A stretch of 64,000 nucleotides of DNA from Oopsacas minuta (taxonomy: Eukaryota; Animalia; Porifera). The stretch covers positions 883,055 to 947,054 of the forward strand of contig JAKMXF010000022.1 of the NCBI GenBank assembly GCA_024704765.1, written 5' to 3'. This document shows positions 1 through 14,100 of this stretch, in pieces. How positions within the stretch are numbered: the first letter of the stretch is position 1; the number at the start of each line of letters is the position of its first letter. The translations under genes and the position numbers were made by a program. The notes beneath the pieces were generated by a model. The model had not been told where the DNA came from. It was given only the letters and a program-made list of their open reading frames with translations, and ran no database searches.

Positions 1-3000
1 TTGGTAATGAGGATTATCTCGAATATCGAAACTGAGACTTAGAGCTTGATCCAGATTTACTGATGCCTGTGTGTAATCCCCTGCAGAGATGTGTATCTGT
101 GAAGCTAGCACGTGAGCCTCAGGAGCACCCGGGGTAGCACCAGCTACACTGTCTTCACTGCGGTTAAAACAAATGTTTAAATGTTCTAGAGCTTTGTCAG
201 GTTCCCCTGACAAGAAGCTGACACGTGCTTGAAGAAGCCATGCAGACGCTATTCCCGGAGCAGATCCACAAACCGGATTCAAAAGAAAGCTTATAGACTT
301 GAGAACTTGAGAAGGTTCCTGACTAGGTAGGAGAGGATCTGAAGGGCTAAAGCTCATCAAATCACTCACAATCTAAATAAGGACCAGAAAGCATTATGAC
401 GTAATAGAATAATATTAAATGGAATACCAGTAGGATAAAATCAGGATTCAAAAGAGTGAAGTACTGTGCTCCTAACGGGATCCCTCTAACAACTTGGAAA
501 TGTAGCTGAGCAGCTTCATCTAGCAAAGATAGAATAATTTCATTACTTTTATTCTGTTTTATCCCTAAAATAGCATATAAATAGGAAACTTCTGCTGATT
601 TCCCAATGGTAGCTTGCACTTCTCCTAAAAAGTCCAGCTGTTGCTTAGCCTCATCTAACTTGCCCAATAAAACCTGACAGTGTATTGCTCCCGAGAGAGC
701 AGCTACACTTGTATCATCAAATGAAAATGCCTAAAATTGATAAATTAACTAATTAGATATCATTTACAGATATAAGTAACATTATCTGTACCTTTTTGTA
801 CATTTTGAGTGCATCATGAACTTTTCGTTGTAGTAGCAGTTGATAAGCTAACTCAGTTGTGTATATCGGATTGTTTGCTTTTAGAGAACAAGCTCTCTCC
901 ACAAGAGCTAATGTTTGTGAAATAACAGTAGGAGCTCTCCCACATACTCTGCATAGAGAGAGTGATAGCTGGTAGTAGAGGTTGTGATTCTGTGGTTCTT
1001 TCCTGTCCAGGACTTGAATCAAATTTCCTATAGTCTCTACAGCGGCATAATGCTGTCCTTCTATAGCCAGCTGATGGAGAGCTTTCAGATGGATCTGAAG
1101 GAGAATGTGATATAATTCTAAATGCTGAATTAAGTATTTGCTAATAGTGAAACAAAATTTGCTCTTATATTAAATATAATATTTGTGTATACTTGTAACT
1201 TAAATTTCTGGACAATTTCAAAGAAATAAAGATCAAATGAATTTCAATTTGGAAAAAATGAATACGCAAAATTCTTTCAAAAAAAATTCAACATTTTTAA
1301 TTTGAAATATCTGTCAGAAACTTCAATGAAAGAGAGCCAATATTTCTGAGATCTGTTAAATACTCAAATATGGGAACTGAAATTAAGAGTTTCAGGTAAA
1401 ATCATAGAGGTTGAAAACATTGGAGTTATTTTTAGAAGTTTGATTGCTAAGCTGCCGGCTGCCTAAGCAAACGAAATCATTAAAATACAAATTAATTATT
1501 TACAATAAATTAGTGGTAAATTGATTTGTTGGATTTTAAGGAAAACCTTTCTAATCAAAAATATGTCATATCAGGTCTGCGCCAGCAGCATAGACATCTT
1601 TGGCGGAATATTACATCGGTAGCACCTGAGCACTAGCACATGACTTAATACCTGGCGGAAAGTAGAAAAGATGACCATGGTAGTGTGATATAACACCATG
1701 GGATCAGATGCACCACCCAGGTGTTAGCATTACTTGCGTGCTTTGACTGAAATTATGAATACCATTTCTAGGTAGTAAATAATTTTATGTGGTTTTGTAA
1801 TAGAAAACGAAATATGAACTCTAATGCTCTTATTAGATATTAATCGGAATATAGAGTAGAAGACCGATCCACTTTTAGGATGAAAGATAAGTGAATAACA
1901 AAATTAATACAGGAAATACGAAACTGAGCCAATATCCGAATTAGCTATCAATGAATTACTCTAATTTATTAAAATAAACACTCACAGCTTCAATACAATC
2001 CTGCTCTAGCACTAGTATCCTCTGACAAGTCTCCATGGCACTGTGCCATTCCTGCAACATTATCTGAAGTCTAGCCTTTTCTATTAAAGCATGTGAAGAT
2101 TTAGGAAATGTAACAACTGCCTCACTGATTACATCCAAAGCATTACTGAAATTATTCTTTAAAGTTAAGTAGCGCGATTTCCCAATAAGAGCTCCCAGGG
2201 ATCCTCCTACATATTGGTCTCCTCCACTCGTAAGTACATCCTAAACAAAGAGATTAATTAGGAAAATGAAATAATATAAATATTTGAATAAATACAATAT
2301 TCTCACTTCAAAATATTTAATACTCTTCTTGACATAAGTATCTTTATTCGAAGTCAGATCGATCCATCCTCTTAAAAGTATCCCATCTTTACTTTTGGGA
2401 GATAGCTTAAGCATTCTATCAACATACTCGCGGCTCTTCTCGTGACGACCATTCAACCATAAATACGTCGCAGCATTGTATAGAGATCTGTCAGTACAGT
2501 TCTGCCTCACCGATTTTATGCTAGACTCTATCTGAGCCATTGTGTCTTTATCGATAAATCTTGCTTTCTTATGAGCATCTCTAATAAATAAATAATGACA
2601 TAATTGCATTACTCAAATAAAACAAATTTGTAGTTGGATAAGCAGAAATATTCAAGAATGGCTAAATAATGAACATTCATTGCATCTAGATTAATATAGA
2701 TTAATCTATTGAAGTGTATTTTCATAATCAAAAGGAGAAATTGTGATACATATTAGAATAACTTGTCCAATCACATAGATAGTAGTAGGTATTTTAATAA
2801 ATGCAAAAATAATAATTTGCATTCTGTAAATTTTACTACCATATTTTCGTCATCAATTTGTTTGGTAAATACAAACAAGAACTGAAAGTCTTCGACTTTC
2901 GTTGAGACTAGTAGCATGTCGCATAAATCTCTCAACACAACTTTTAACATATTAACAAGTCAAAGAAATGTTACATATGTTAATATTTAATTAATTAATA

Positions 3001-4433
3001 CTTTCAATTTATAGTATATAAGCATTTTCCTTGGATTAATAATAATGTAATATTCATAGGAATCAATTTCAATATCATATCGTAATGGAACTACGTATTA
3101 AATTGCAATGTCTACATGTAATTAAATCAACACTTAATGTAACCTCGTTAACAAGGACACCAACATACGTTTAAAATTTGTTTGCTTTATAAGGAGTTTT
3201 TACCGGAGTAATTCCAATATGATAGCCATCGTAGGGACCTGGTTTTTTTCGGAAACATTTGTTCTTCTTTTCCAGAAATTCGTAATAACCGTGTTAGTAT
3301 TAACGAGGTTCCACTGTAATTAGTTTATAGGCAATATAGTACTCTGTGTAATTGATATGAATACAATTCCAAACAAACTCAGAAATTTCGTAATTACTAC
3401 ATCAGATAATTTACGTGATAACTATTAAAAACGTTAAAAATATTTAACTAACAGAGGTTCAATCATCTGTAATTCAATGCTTAATATCTCCTCGTGATGA
3501 GAAATAAGTTTCAAAATGAACCATACTAAATAAGGTAAGCTCTTACTAAAAGGCCATTATATTGAAACTATCAGAGCAATAATACAAAAACGTATAATAA
3601 TATGCTGAGTATCATATTAATAGCAAGAAGAACAAAACTGAACTAGTTGCACGAGTCTAATTATATAAATGTATAATGGAATGTTGCTTACATAGTTAAA
3701 TAATAGGATTAGGATTATATTATCAATTAAGTTAGTGGAGCTATTTCTAGTCACCTGATCCTCTACATAATGAAACTATTACAAATAAGATACCTAATCA
3801 AGAGTTAATAAAGGCAAAAGTATTTGACATCTAACATATAGAAAGTAATTTTGTTATTTCATATTTTTGTGGCATAAGAAAATATTTCACTTACTATCCA
3901 TATATAGACATTGGAACACAAACCTACGTAAATTCCATCATTGCTATTAATAAACACATACAGTTGGTATTGGTTACAAACCTCAGAGATAACTCACAAA
4001 ACTTTCGTCTCACATGCAAATTCAGGACAGAATGTGTACCATTAATCCATTTCACCTCAATTATTTCGTGGTTAGAATTATGATATGGTCACATTTGTTA
4101 AAATATTTACAGGTCTGAGAGTAACATAGTTGTAAAAATTCATACATTGAATACGTAAGTATACGAAGAGTTGAAATTATATTGGACATGAATCACATAT
4201 TACCTGAGAGCGAGATAAGCACATAACGTTACGTCCTTCTTATCTCTAACATTCTCCAGCTCTTGAATGCATTCTGGTATTCTTTCTTGAAATAAGAAAC
4301 TGATTGCTTTCCACAAATAGAAGACAGGATAACTCCCTTGACTCTCTATAGCACTGAGACATGCAGTCTCCATTTGCTGAGAATAACGCTCCAAAGCCAA
4401 GTACTGAATCGATGTATAGAATTCTGACTCCAT
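1..4433 (-). CDS. TTC21B: Tetratricopeptide repeat protein 21B / IFT139 (IFT-A), 5' part; gene continues off the window start
   Basis: Phase-compatible GT-AG exons read by hand: 4204-4433, 2307-2580, 1986-2240, 792-1094, 428-730, <1-372. Peptides align by eye with TTC21B N-terminus (ENVRDKKDVTLCAYLAL, HEKSREYVDRMLK, EPQN, GKSAEVSYLYA, PLGAQYFTLLNPDF, SFDIRDNPHY). Confidence 0.93.
3136..3316. mobile_element. Degenerate Tc1/mariner (pogo/Tigger-like) MITE in TTC21B intron 1
   Basis: Right end ttaacgaggttccactg followed by TA; left end aacctcgttaa is the partly decayed complement; same CAGTGGAACC family as 40273, 44108 and 52673. Confidence 0.6.
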
Positions 4434-5143
4434 TTATCAACAAATAATACTAGGATTAGACTTAAAGAATAAATTAATCTCTTCACCTGTGGACCCCTTA
4501 CGTTCAATTTTATGGGTGTCCACGTAACCCTACCATTACCATAATGAAAACTTTAGGAGTCACGGACTCCAGGTTGGAAACCACTTTATAAATTGATTAA
4601 TTATATCTAGGATACGATAGGGGAGTTTGTTAGTTTGTTTATAATCATTATCTTCGTACAACATATCAAATTTACAGACCACAATCAGAAACTTAAAAAT
4701 CCAAAATTCATACTCAACATTCAATTCTTAGTTATCCCAATATATCATGGTAGAGAGCAAGTTTCTACGTATAATAATAGATAATACGTATATTCTATAT
4801 TTGATGAAATTACATCCAAAAGAACAAAATTAATTATTCAAAATTGGATTCAAGAAATGCAATTATTGTATTAAATCTTTTATTAATTTTTATTGAAATA
4901 TGAATATTTACCAACTTTGATGACACAATTGTAGGTCCCATAATTCAACTTTGAAATCAGACAAACAGGCAATTACGTATATTATTAATAAATACACAGA
5001 TAAGTAGTTAATAAAATCGATAGATAGTAATTAACACACATTAACATTAATAATTAATTGAGAGTACCTTATAATATCTGGATACGTAGTTTGGTTAGAA
5101 TACAATTCCGAAAAGTTCAAGAATATATAAATAGATTTTGAAG

Positions 5144-8100
5144 TTATGACTCCAAACTCATTAGTAGAGCAGTCCCCCGCTTTATCCACAGCTCAACTGG
5201 AGATGATCCAGTTTTGAGGTCAACAGCGACCACAAATGACATCCCTCCTTTCCCAGACCTATCTGGATAATAGTAACAAGGTGCTTGATATATTCCCTTG
5301 ACCTTCTTTTTAGACTCTACAGGTTTGAAATGAATAGAAGGCATAGGACAGCTCAATTGCATTGGATTAGGTTCTACAAGACAGCTGGATTTCTTATCCC
5401 ATCCAGCTCCCTCAAGGAATAGTCCCTTTATCCAAACACCATCTTTAGGCTGTGTGGTTATATTAGCATCATCTACAGTAGATACATGGAACTCCCAACT
5501 CAGCTGATCTACAGATACATTGTTCTGTCTAGCTCCAGTTTGCAATACAGCTGTTAGAAACCCGGTAGGGAAGGTGAAAGCAGAGAGCCAGAATAGCACT
5601 GGGGGTTGAGCATTCTCTGCCCATGTAGAGAATTGTTTGACTCGAAGAATTAGATCACGTGTCCAAGAAGCTAATGGTTTCAAAGATGGGTATGCTTTCT
5701 CCCAAAGAGGAGGGATCCTAGCCTCCAGGATACAAATAAACACCTGATCTAGATCAGATGACATCACCACCAATCCTTTTATACCCTTCTCAAGATCTAT
5801 GAGTGAGCTACGTATTACTCTAAGCAATGAATTGTATCTTTCTATCTCTTGTAGCAGTACTACCTTAAGAGCTGAGTTATCATCTGCTAAAAGATTAGCA
5901 GCTGCTGCTAGGTCAATCTGATCAGGAATTTGTTTTAAAACATCAGCTGCTAGATCTAACACTTTATCCTCACTAGATTGTCCTTGCGTAACAGATACCT
6001 GAGGCTGTAGAGATAGTAGTGTATCCAGTAGAGTTCGTGTCTCCCTGATTTGTGAAGCTATATCTGCATTGTTGTGTTGACCAAATGCATCAGGTCTATC
6101 AGAAGTAGGCAAGCGATCAACAAGATCTCTGTAGCTCTGTAGAGACCCATCCTTAGGGATATAGTAGGTTGGGAGAGAACTTAGTTTATAGTAAGGCTCC
6201 TCTAGACATTGATCACAGAAGAAATCGTTTATATAAGTTAACAGGAGTCTTCTGTCCCAGTCATCTGTCACGTGACCCCCATAAGAAACCCCTGCTATGA
6301 GGTACTTCAGAGCATCCCATGGAGTATCAGGATAGGACTGTAGATATATGTCTAATATGTTCATTGATACTTCAAAATCTGAGTCATTGAATCCGTATAT
6401 GACATTCCAGCCTAGCATAAGGAATTTACGTCGCTCGATTAAAACTGAATGGAAGAAGCAAAGTGCAAATAGTAACTTCTTGAATTTATGTGCACATCCC
6501 ACTTCATTGAAGTATGCCTCGTTAACGGTCTGATAGAGTCGTTTCATGTTAGCTCTGACACCCTTAGGAGGTTCTGTAGTCATCTTTATACCGGCCTGTA
6601 GGATTGCTATAGGGAATTCTGGATGAGGACTTGAACTTAACCAAAGACGGAAGTCTTTATGAGGTTTCTTAGTATGCAACTCTTCTTCTATAAGTTTGTT
6701 GAAGTGTGGCATCCATGAGAGTGACAAATGACAGTTGGCAAGAAACACCCATCTCCCCTCCCTTACTCCATTAGTGATAAGTTTTCTTGCAATAGGAGCT
6801 TGTCCCTGTCCCAGGGATAATGTATCAAATTTATCTGTCTTACCCAGATCAAGAGCTAGTTGAGTAAGAGCTCCTACAGGATCTACTCCTGCAGATAATA
6901 CGAATATGAGAGGAGTTCTAGCAGTACTGTCATTCACTACAGATTGCATGTCAAGCACTGGTGGTTCTACAAACCGTACTCCTAGGTTATTGGTAATAAA
7001 TGCTGTTACACATTGAGTAACTCTATCCTGTCTAAGACAACGTACTATTAGCATTCTTTGCAATTCATTACACGCGTTCTCCCATTCACCTGGTAATGTA
7101 CTGTTTTCAGGTTCCTGATGAGTGAACCATCTATGCCAATCACGTCCATACTGCTCAAATGAGTTTGCTATTCCATTGAAATTTGGTAATTTGTCCAGCT
7201 CCGATACATTGTCCCAGGAAGAGTCCTCTAACCAATGCGTAACTGGGTTATCCATCTGTGTCTCACGGTCCAACACCACACCACCTCTCAAAAGAAAGTT
7301 ATACTCTTCTTTATTAAGTTTCCCTGAAGCTTCTAGTATCTTAGCACACATTCTAAATGAGAATAACAGTTTATGTCTTTCAAACAATCCTCTACATGTG
7401 TATCTGTATACAGAGTATGTATGGAAATCATTAAGATACTGTATCCTCTCTTCTGGCTTAAATCCCTTCTGACTCTTGTCAATACTAATAATGAATAATT
7501 CAATATAAGCCTCAAGAGAGAACTGGTACATGGGATCTATACGGCCGAGATCTGTCATAACAAAGAATAGGATAGCGGCTCTTTTAGCTGCTGGTCGATA
7601 AGCATCTCTAGCCCCATCAATTCGCTTCTCTGTTTCTATACAGATCTTTACTTTCTCTGTAACCTGTTGAGACACAGCCTTGCTGGATTGCAGAGCGTTA
7701 ACTAGCACTTCATCATCCAGAAGAGATCCCTGTGCAGTGTTGAGGAGATATAATATCTTATCTTCTAGCTCCTTGATCTGCTTCTTACCGTTAGCAATAC
7801 TAACTACCAACTCATTCTTTTGGTTCTGTAAATCTGGTTGTTCTTTCGTGACAGTAGTAGAGAGTAACTGTTCCTCTAGACCTTGTTCTTTCACAGCAAA
7901 ATTGACTATAGTAGTCTTAGTAGATATCTCAGGGGTGTAGTGAGGATTACTGAGTTTAGTTGTTATATAAAGTCTGAAGTCAGGATTATAGTCCACCTCT
8001 TTGTCACCTAGTTTTATGACCATTCTATTCCCGATCTTAACAATAGCCTTATTGAGGACAGGAGCAAGGGAGGGATCTAACACTTCTTCAACATTCTGCA

Positions 8101-11100
8101 ATAATACAGGGTTACCGAATTGTACAGAATTTTCAACAGTTCTCAAGAAATCTGATTGTTGTAAATCTATTACTTTTAGACCATTTTCAATCTCCATATT
8201 TTTAATCCATTTAATAGCTTGTCCTTGTGGATCAATCATGAGAGGCCATCTGTTCCCTCTAGTTACAATAATTCCATTTTCAGAAGAGAATGAGTCAGCT
8301 GGTAGTCCTTGTATATTCCAGTCACGAATGATAGCTGGGTCTGAGAGGAAGGTAGCGAATGAGAAATCAGGTGTACAAGGTATGTCCAAGTCTCTGACCT
8401 GTTTTATCCAGAGCTTAGATATCATGTCATCCCTGTAGTTGGAGAGGAACGGTCCCATGTAAGACAAGAAAGCTGAAGCAAGCAAACAGTCTCCTACAAG
8501 ATAGCCAATAGAAGCTTCATATTTAGCAACACTCAGTGTCCATCTCTCACATTCTCCTGATAATCCTGAGACGAGTTTACCAGCCCTCTCTAACTTCTCC
8601 TGAGTAATTTCCATCTTTTTCCTTAACTCTTCCTTTTGAGCTAATTTCTCATCATACTGCAGCTTCAACTCATCAATACGTTCATTAATCTCTTTAAGTT
8701 TAGCCTGAGCTTCTGCTAAGCTCTTCTGCTTCTCTTCTAATTTAGCCATTGCTTCGTGTAACCGCTTTCTCTTTGGCTCAACAGTCCTGTATATCTTACC
8801 GTACTTCTCCATTGCTCGTACCCACATACACAGGGATTTCGCAGCGAATGAGACGCGCTCAACATTTTCTGGCGTAAATTCAGGATCATTAATGTACTTA
8901 CTCCCGATAACTTTTAGTATTTTGTCAGGAATATTGTCTCTATCATATTTAACAAGGGATTTAATGAATCCTCCTCCACCTAGTTCCTTTTTAGCTTCAG
9001 CCCAAGATGTACCACACCCTCTAAGAGTCATAACACCCTCCATAACGATTCTAACATGATTCGGAGGATTAGGGTAAGCCCTAATTTCATCGATATCATT
9101 CTTATTGAGAGCTTCCAGAGCCTTCTCAGCTTCCATAAGAGCAGGTAATGCTTCATCTAAATCTTTCTGAGCGACTTCTGCCATTTGTTTACATTTCTCT
9201 TCTTCTTCTCCAATTTTAGCACTTCTAGAAGCAACACTCTTCTGCTGCTCATCTGCATCATGTTTCTTCTGTACTAACACGACTAAATACTCCTCACATT
9301 CTTTCTGATACTTCTCTACTTGTATTTTCTGTACACTCAATTCCTTAGACATTTCTTCTACTTTTTGTTTAGTATCGTCAAGCTTGTATATTCCATTTTC
9401 TAACTTAGATTTAGCATCTCCAAGCTCTTTCCTCTTCTCTTCCATAAGGGATCTATATCCAGTGACTAATTCAAGGTAGTTAGTAGCTGTGACGTAATTA
9501 TGACGTTTCATCTCTGCTAACATTTTCTTCGAATTCTCTACAACTGATAAGTGCATTGCAACAAACATAGTAGCTACAGACTTGGTAATAGAAGCAGAGT
9601 TTTCTCCAAATGATACTTCCTCCAAATACTTTTCTGCAACCTCTGTTAGCGCATCTTTAGGCCACTCTGTGAACAGATCTATCGTCGTACAGTTAACGAA
9701 TGCAGGATACATACGGATTCTGTTACGGAATGGTTCACCCACTGGACTCATAGCTAGCACGACATGCAAATTGTTCCTGGCTCGTTCTATGAAAAATGAA
9801 AATATAGATTCTGTCTGATCGGGTATCCCTTCCTTCTTCGCTATAGGCGCCAATTCTGTCATAGCAGGTTCAAAGTCCTCCGGAGTGTAGAGGTTTGGTA
9901 CCTCCCCGCTTGAAAGAATGTTGTTAATATCTTCTAAGAAGCTCTCCTCTACTACTTGTGTATCCGTGAATAGAAATACAGTAGGTTTGTACTCCACTCC
10001 AGCTTTCCAATAGAGCGTACGTATATCTTCTCGAAATTCGCTAAGTTTGTAGTGACGTGTAACATCAATTTGAAACACTGAATAACCGATAATGTACGAA
10101 GCAAGACGAGTGAGACTTTGCCTACCACTCCCTCCTATTCCTATTAACAACATGTTACCTCTCTCTAGTCGGATTACACGAGTGATACGGGTTACATGTT
10201 CTATTGCGTTCCTGAAAAGGACCAAATCCATAGGGATCATGCCAGGCTCATTGTTATAGTCCTGTAGAGCATTCTCAATGGAAGTTTTCAGGTGCTTAAA
10301 GTTATTCAAATCCTCATAGAACATTTGTTGTTGATTGAGTAGATCACCAAATATAGGAACAACTTTATCCTTACAAATAGAATGGAAAGATACATCAAAC
10401 ATAGAAGCAAGTTTTCCAGTTATAAGTTCATTGAACATAATCTTGTCTTTCTCCTCCACTAATCTGTCTGCGAACACACGATAACATTCATGTATCCATA
10501 GACGTATCATAGACTCCTTACGGTCATGATAGTTCTTATTAGCTCTTAACATCCCTTGATAAACTTTAGCCATGTCTCGCATGTTGAAGAGATAATGCAT
10601 TTTAGTGGGAGTTGGTAAGAAACGAACAGACACGTAGTTATAAACATCAATAGTAGCTTGAGTGATCGGCACACCAAGAGGTTTTATATCTTCCTCGAAT
10701 TCTTGTAGCTTTTGATTTATCATGGATCCGAAAATACGTTTGATCTGACTCTCTGTGGGAAACGTCATATTGAGAAGTGAGAATTTGGACTGTAGACGAC
10801 GTGATATTACCATTCTACCGCCACCAGGGGGACCCATTGCTGCCATCAGATGCATGTCTCTCATCTGTTTAGTTATTTGTTTCTGTCTGTCAAACCAGAA
10901 TCCATAGTCCATCCATTGTCTCATCAGTTCTAGAGGAGGCTGAGAACCGTATCTGTCTTTCATTGGCATGTTGAAGTCATCTAGGAAAGTTATCATTTTC
11001 TTACCACCTAAAGGCACGAACACTCCCTTAGTTCTCTTCTCCATTTTACTTTCAATAATCTCTTGGATGTTATTGGATGTGGTTTGTGCACTGAGATTTA

Positions 11101-14100
11101 TCACCAACACTTTCCATACATTTTCATCAAGTTTAGAGAGAACACCAGATGATACAAGAGTCTTACCAGTACCAATTGGCCCTACGAACATAACGGGGTT
11201 AAGATTCATTACTAAAGTATTCCCTAAGAAATAGTATCTGACTGTATCTACTGTAGGAACGGTAAGCTTGTGAAAGGGAAGAGATGGATTGTATTTCCAA
11301 CCGTCAATCAATTTCTGGTCCCAATGATTCCATGTCCTATTCTTCACATCAATGTAATATTCATATGCAGTGTCCTTTGCTGGGATATTACCCTCAATCT
11401 CTCTGAAAAGATTGTCCATCTTCTTCCGTCCATCCTCATCCACTGACGCACCAATCGACCAAATCATAGAAAACATAAACCACATCTCTAATAACCGGGA
11501 AAAGTTTTCTGTATCATCTGGATTAACTCCGTTTTCATTCGTACAGAATATCTTTAGGAGACGACACAAACTCTGAATAGAGTTCAGGGCTGTTATAGGA
11601 ATTAATTCTCTACAGTTTTTACCACGAAAATCGATAACTCTGGACGCATGTTTGTTAATGAGTGCTTTCAAAGGATCTTGTAACCTTTTTGGCATAGTTT
11701 GTAACCAAGAAATAAAGTAGGGTTCATAACCAAGTGTAGAAGAGTCGAAATACACCATTCCACAGCGACTAATGGTTGCTGGTGAAGCGACAGCAAGATC
11801 TTCCATCTCAAAAAGCAGAGATACTTGATCTGGCATACCAATACGCTCTCCATTAATTAGCGTTAGAATCTTGTTATCATCCATGACAGAGTTCATGCTC
11901 TCAATCCAAAGAGTGTCAACAGGGCCGTCGAATAATATCCATTTCTCATCAGGCTTCTCATCAGAACAAGTAGTACGCATGACACTAGCTAGGATGCCAT
12001 CAGTCCATTCACTTGTATTGTGGTCAAATTTACCGTAGAGCTCATCCAGCCTCACTGCTTTAGGATTTATAGCATGTACATGTACTTTCTGGTATTGTGA
12101 TAATTTAGGGTTCTCTTTATTGAGACGGGTTAGAGTAGCCTGTAGCATTGTCCAAGCTACTGATTTACCTGATCCGGAGTACCCTACCATCATGGTAGCA
12201 TGGCGTGTGTTCTTTGTTTCGTAGAGTTGTATAACTTTAGTGATTGAAGCCTCTTTGGATTGTAGATTAGCCGCCTTCAGTTCAGTTGCTAGTGCATTAG
12301 TCATGAGAGAATAGTCTAACTGTGGTATAAATATACCCGGAAATAGATCAGAGGTTATAGCATTGAATAGAGGGAGATCGTGTGCAGTCAGTTTAGCTAG
12401 ATTCATATCCTTCATAGCTAATAACAGGATCTCTTCATCAGATACCTCTGGAGAAGCTCTCTTCTTCTTACCAGCATACTTAACTACTGAGACCAGAGCT
12501 CTCAGGCCGAAATCATAATGATCCTGTTTAGATAGCTGTTGTGAAGCAAGCACATAGAGTGTGTTAACCTTTCTAGCTAGCAATCTGCATGAACCAAATC
12601 CCTCACCAAACAGAATAATCTCAGCAATCAGAGCTGAGTCAGGGACTATCATTGCAATTGGTCTGAACATAGATTTTAAATTATCTGGTAGTTCAGTACG
12701 GCCTGCATAGCCAGGATTCATAGTTATGAATATTCCACAAGTAGATATGAGATTTATATCTCTACCTTCAAACGTGAATCTCTCTTTCCTCAGTCCGAGA
12801 GCTTTTAGAATTGAAAGAATCTGTTGCGCAACTACAGACAACACTTCTATGTTTATTCTATTGAACTCATCAAAACAGCCCCAGGCACCTGTTTGGGAGA
12901 GTCCTGAGAACATACGCCCCATAGATTTGTAATCCAAGCCATCCGAACAGTTAATAACAATTACATAGTTACCCATTGCTTTCCCGAGATCTTTCACAGT
13001 CTCAGTTTTGCCAGTACCTGCCGGTCCCTTGGGACTACCTCCTCTGTACAAATGCATTGCGGTGGTGAGCGTAACATAGCAACGATCAGTGAGCGGAGTT
13101 ATGACAAGTCGCCCTGAACAACCCAGATATTCATAGTTGTACTGGAAGTGAGTATTAGTTTGTCTGATTATACAATCATCTAATTCTCTATCCCAATAGA
13201 ATCTCAGCTGTAATAACCATTCAAACGCGTTTACATCGTTACAACTGCCTTTAGCCATTCTATCAATTACGTCACGAGCATGTACTTCTATTGTAATTAG
13301 TGCGACTATCTTTGCTCTCTGCATTTTATCAAGTCTACCTCTTACCATCTCGGAATACTTTTCCAAAAGTGCAACTTGTTTCTTCTTCAAACTTTTAAGT
13401 GGTCGTTTCTCCCCACGCTCCTTAACCTGTTGTAGAGCCTTAGTGCAGTCAGAGGTCCACTGGATAAGCGAAGAAGTTAGAGTCAGTTGTCCTGGCCAAT
13501 TGAACACCCACCTCTCCCTCTTGGTAGGATTCCTCCTCAAATCAACTCTACACTCAATCAGTCTCTCGTGTAGAGAATTACGCATTTGATTCTCAATATC
13601 AGTAAGCCATCCTTCTACAGGACCCTCCAGTAGTACTTCTGTGTGTAGATCAACCTTCTCTCCCTCACCGGACACCATCTGTTGTGCAAATGTCTTTGAT
13701 TTTTCTTTCCTTAATTCGAGGAATTTCAAGTTATCAAAACATTTTCTGAGATGTGGTTGTACTGCGTCAGGGTTTCTAGACTGACCTAGAATTTCTAATA
13801 AATCTTCGTTAGAAAGAAAGTAGAATCTAGGAAATAATTGTCTCTTTGTTTCTAGATACATATCAAGACTTTTCTGTATCTTCTCCAGTTTGTTACAGTT
13901 ATTTGTTAGTCTGTCCAAGAGCTTGTGCTGATGAGTAGCTCTCAATGCGTTCTTGTCTTGATTCAAAGTTTGCATGATTGCCTTCCAATCTTCATCAACA
14001 TGATCAAATTCCGAAGTTTCTCCAGGTAACTGTTTTCGTATGTCTTCTCCAATAAATATATTCTCTAGATATATCCAACTTCGCTGTACTTGTTGTGCCA

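Noticed and set aside
4480-4590. hAT-like MITE end fragment (related piece near 26527-26590)
   Set aside because: Only one terminus visible at each site; no TSD, so not listed as a feature.
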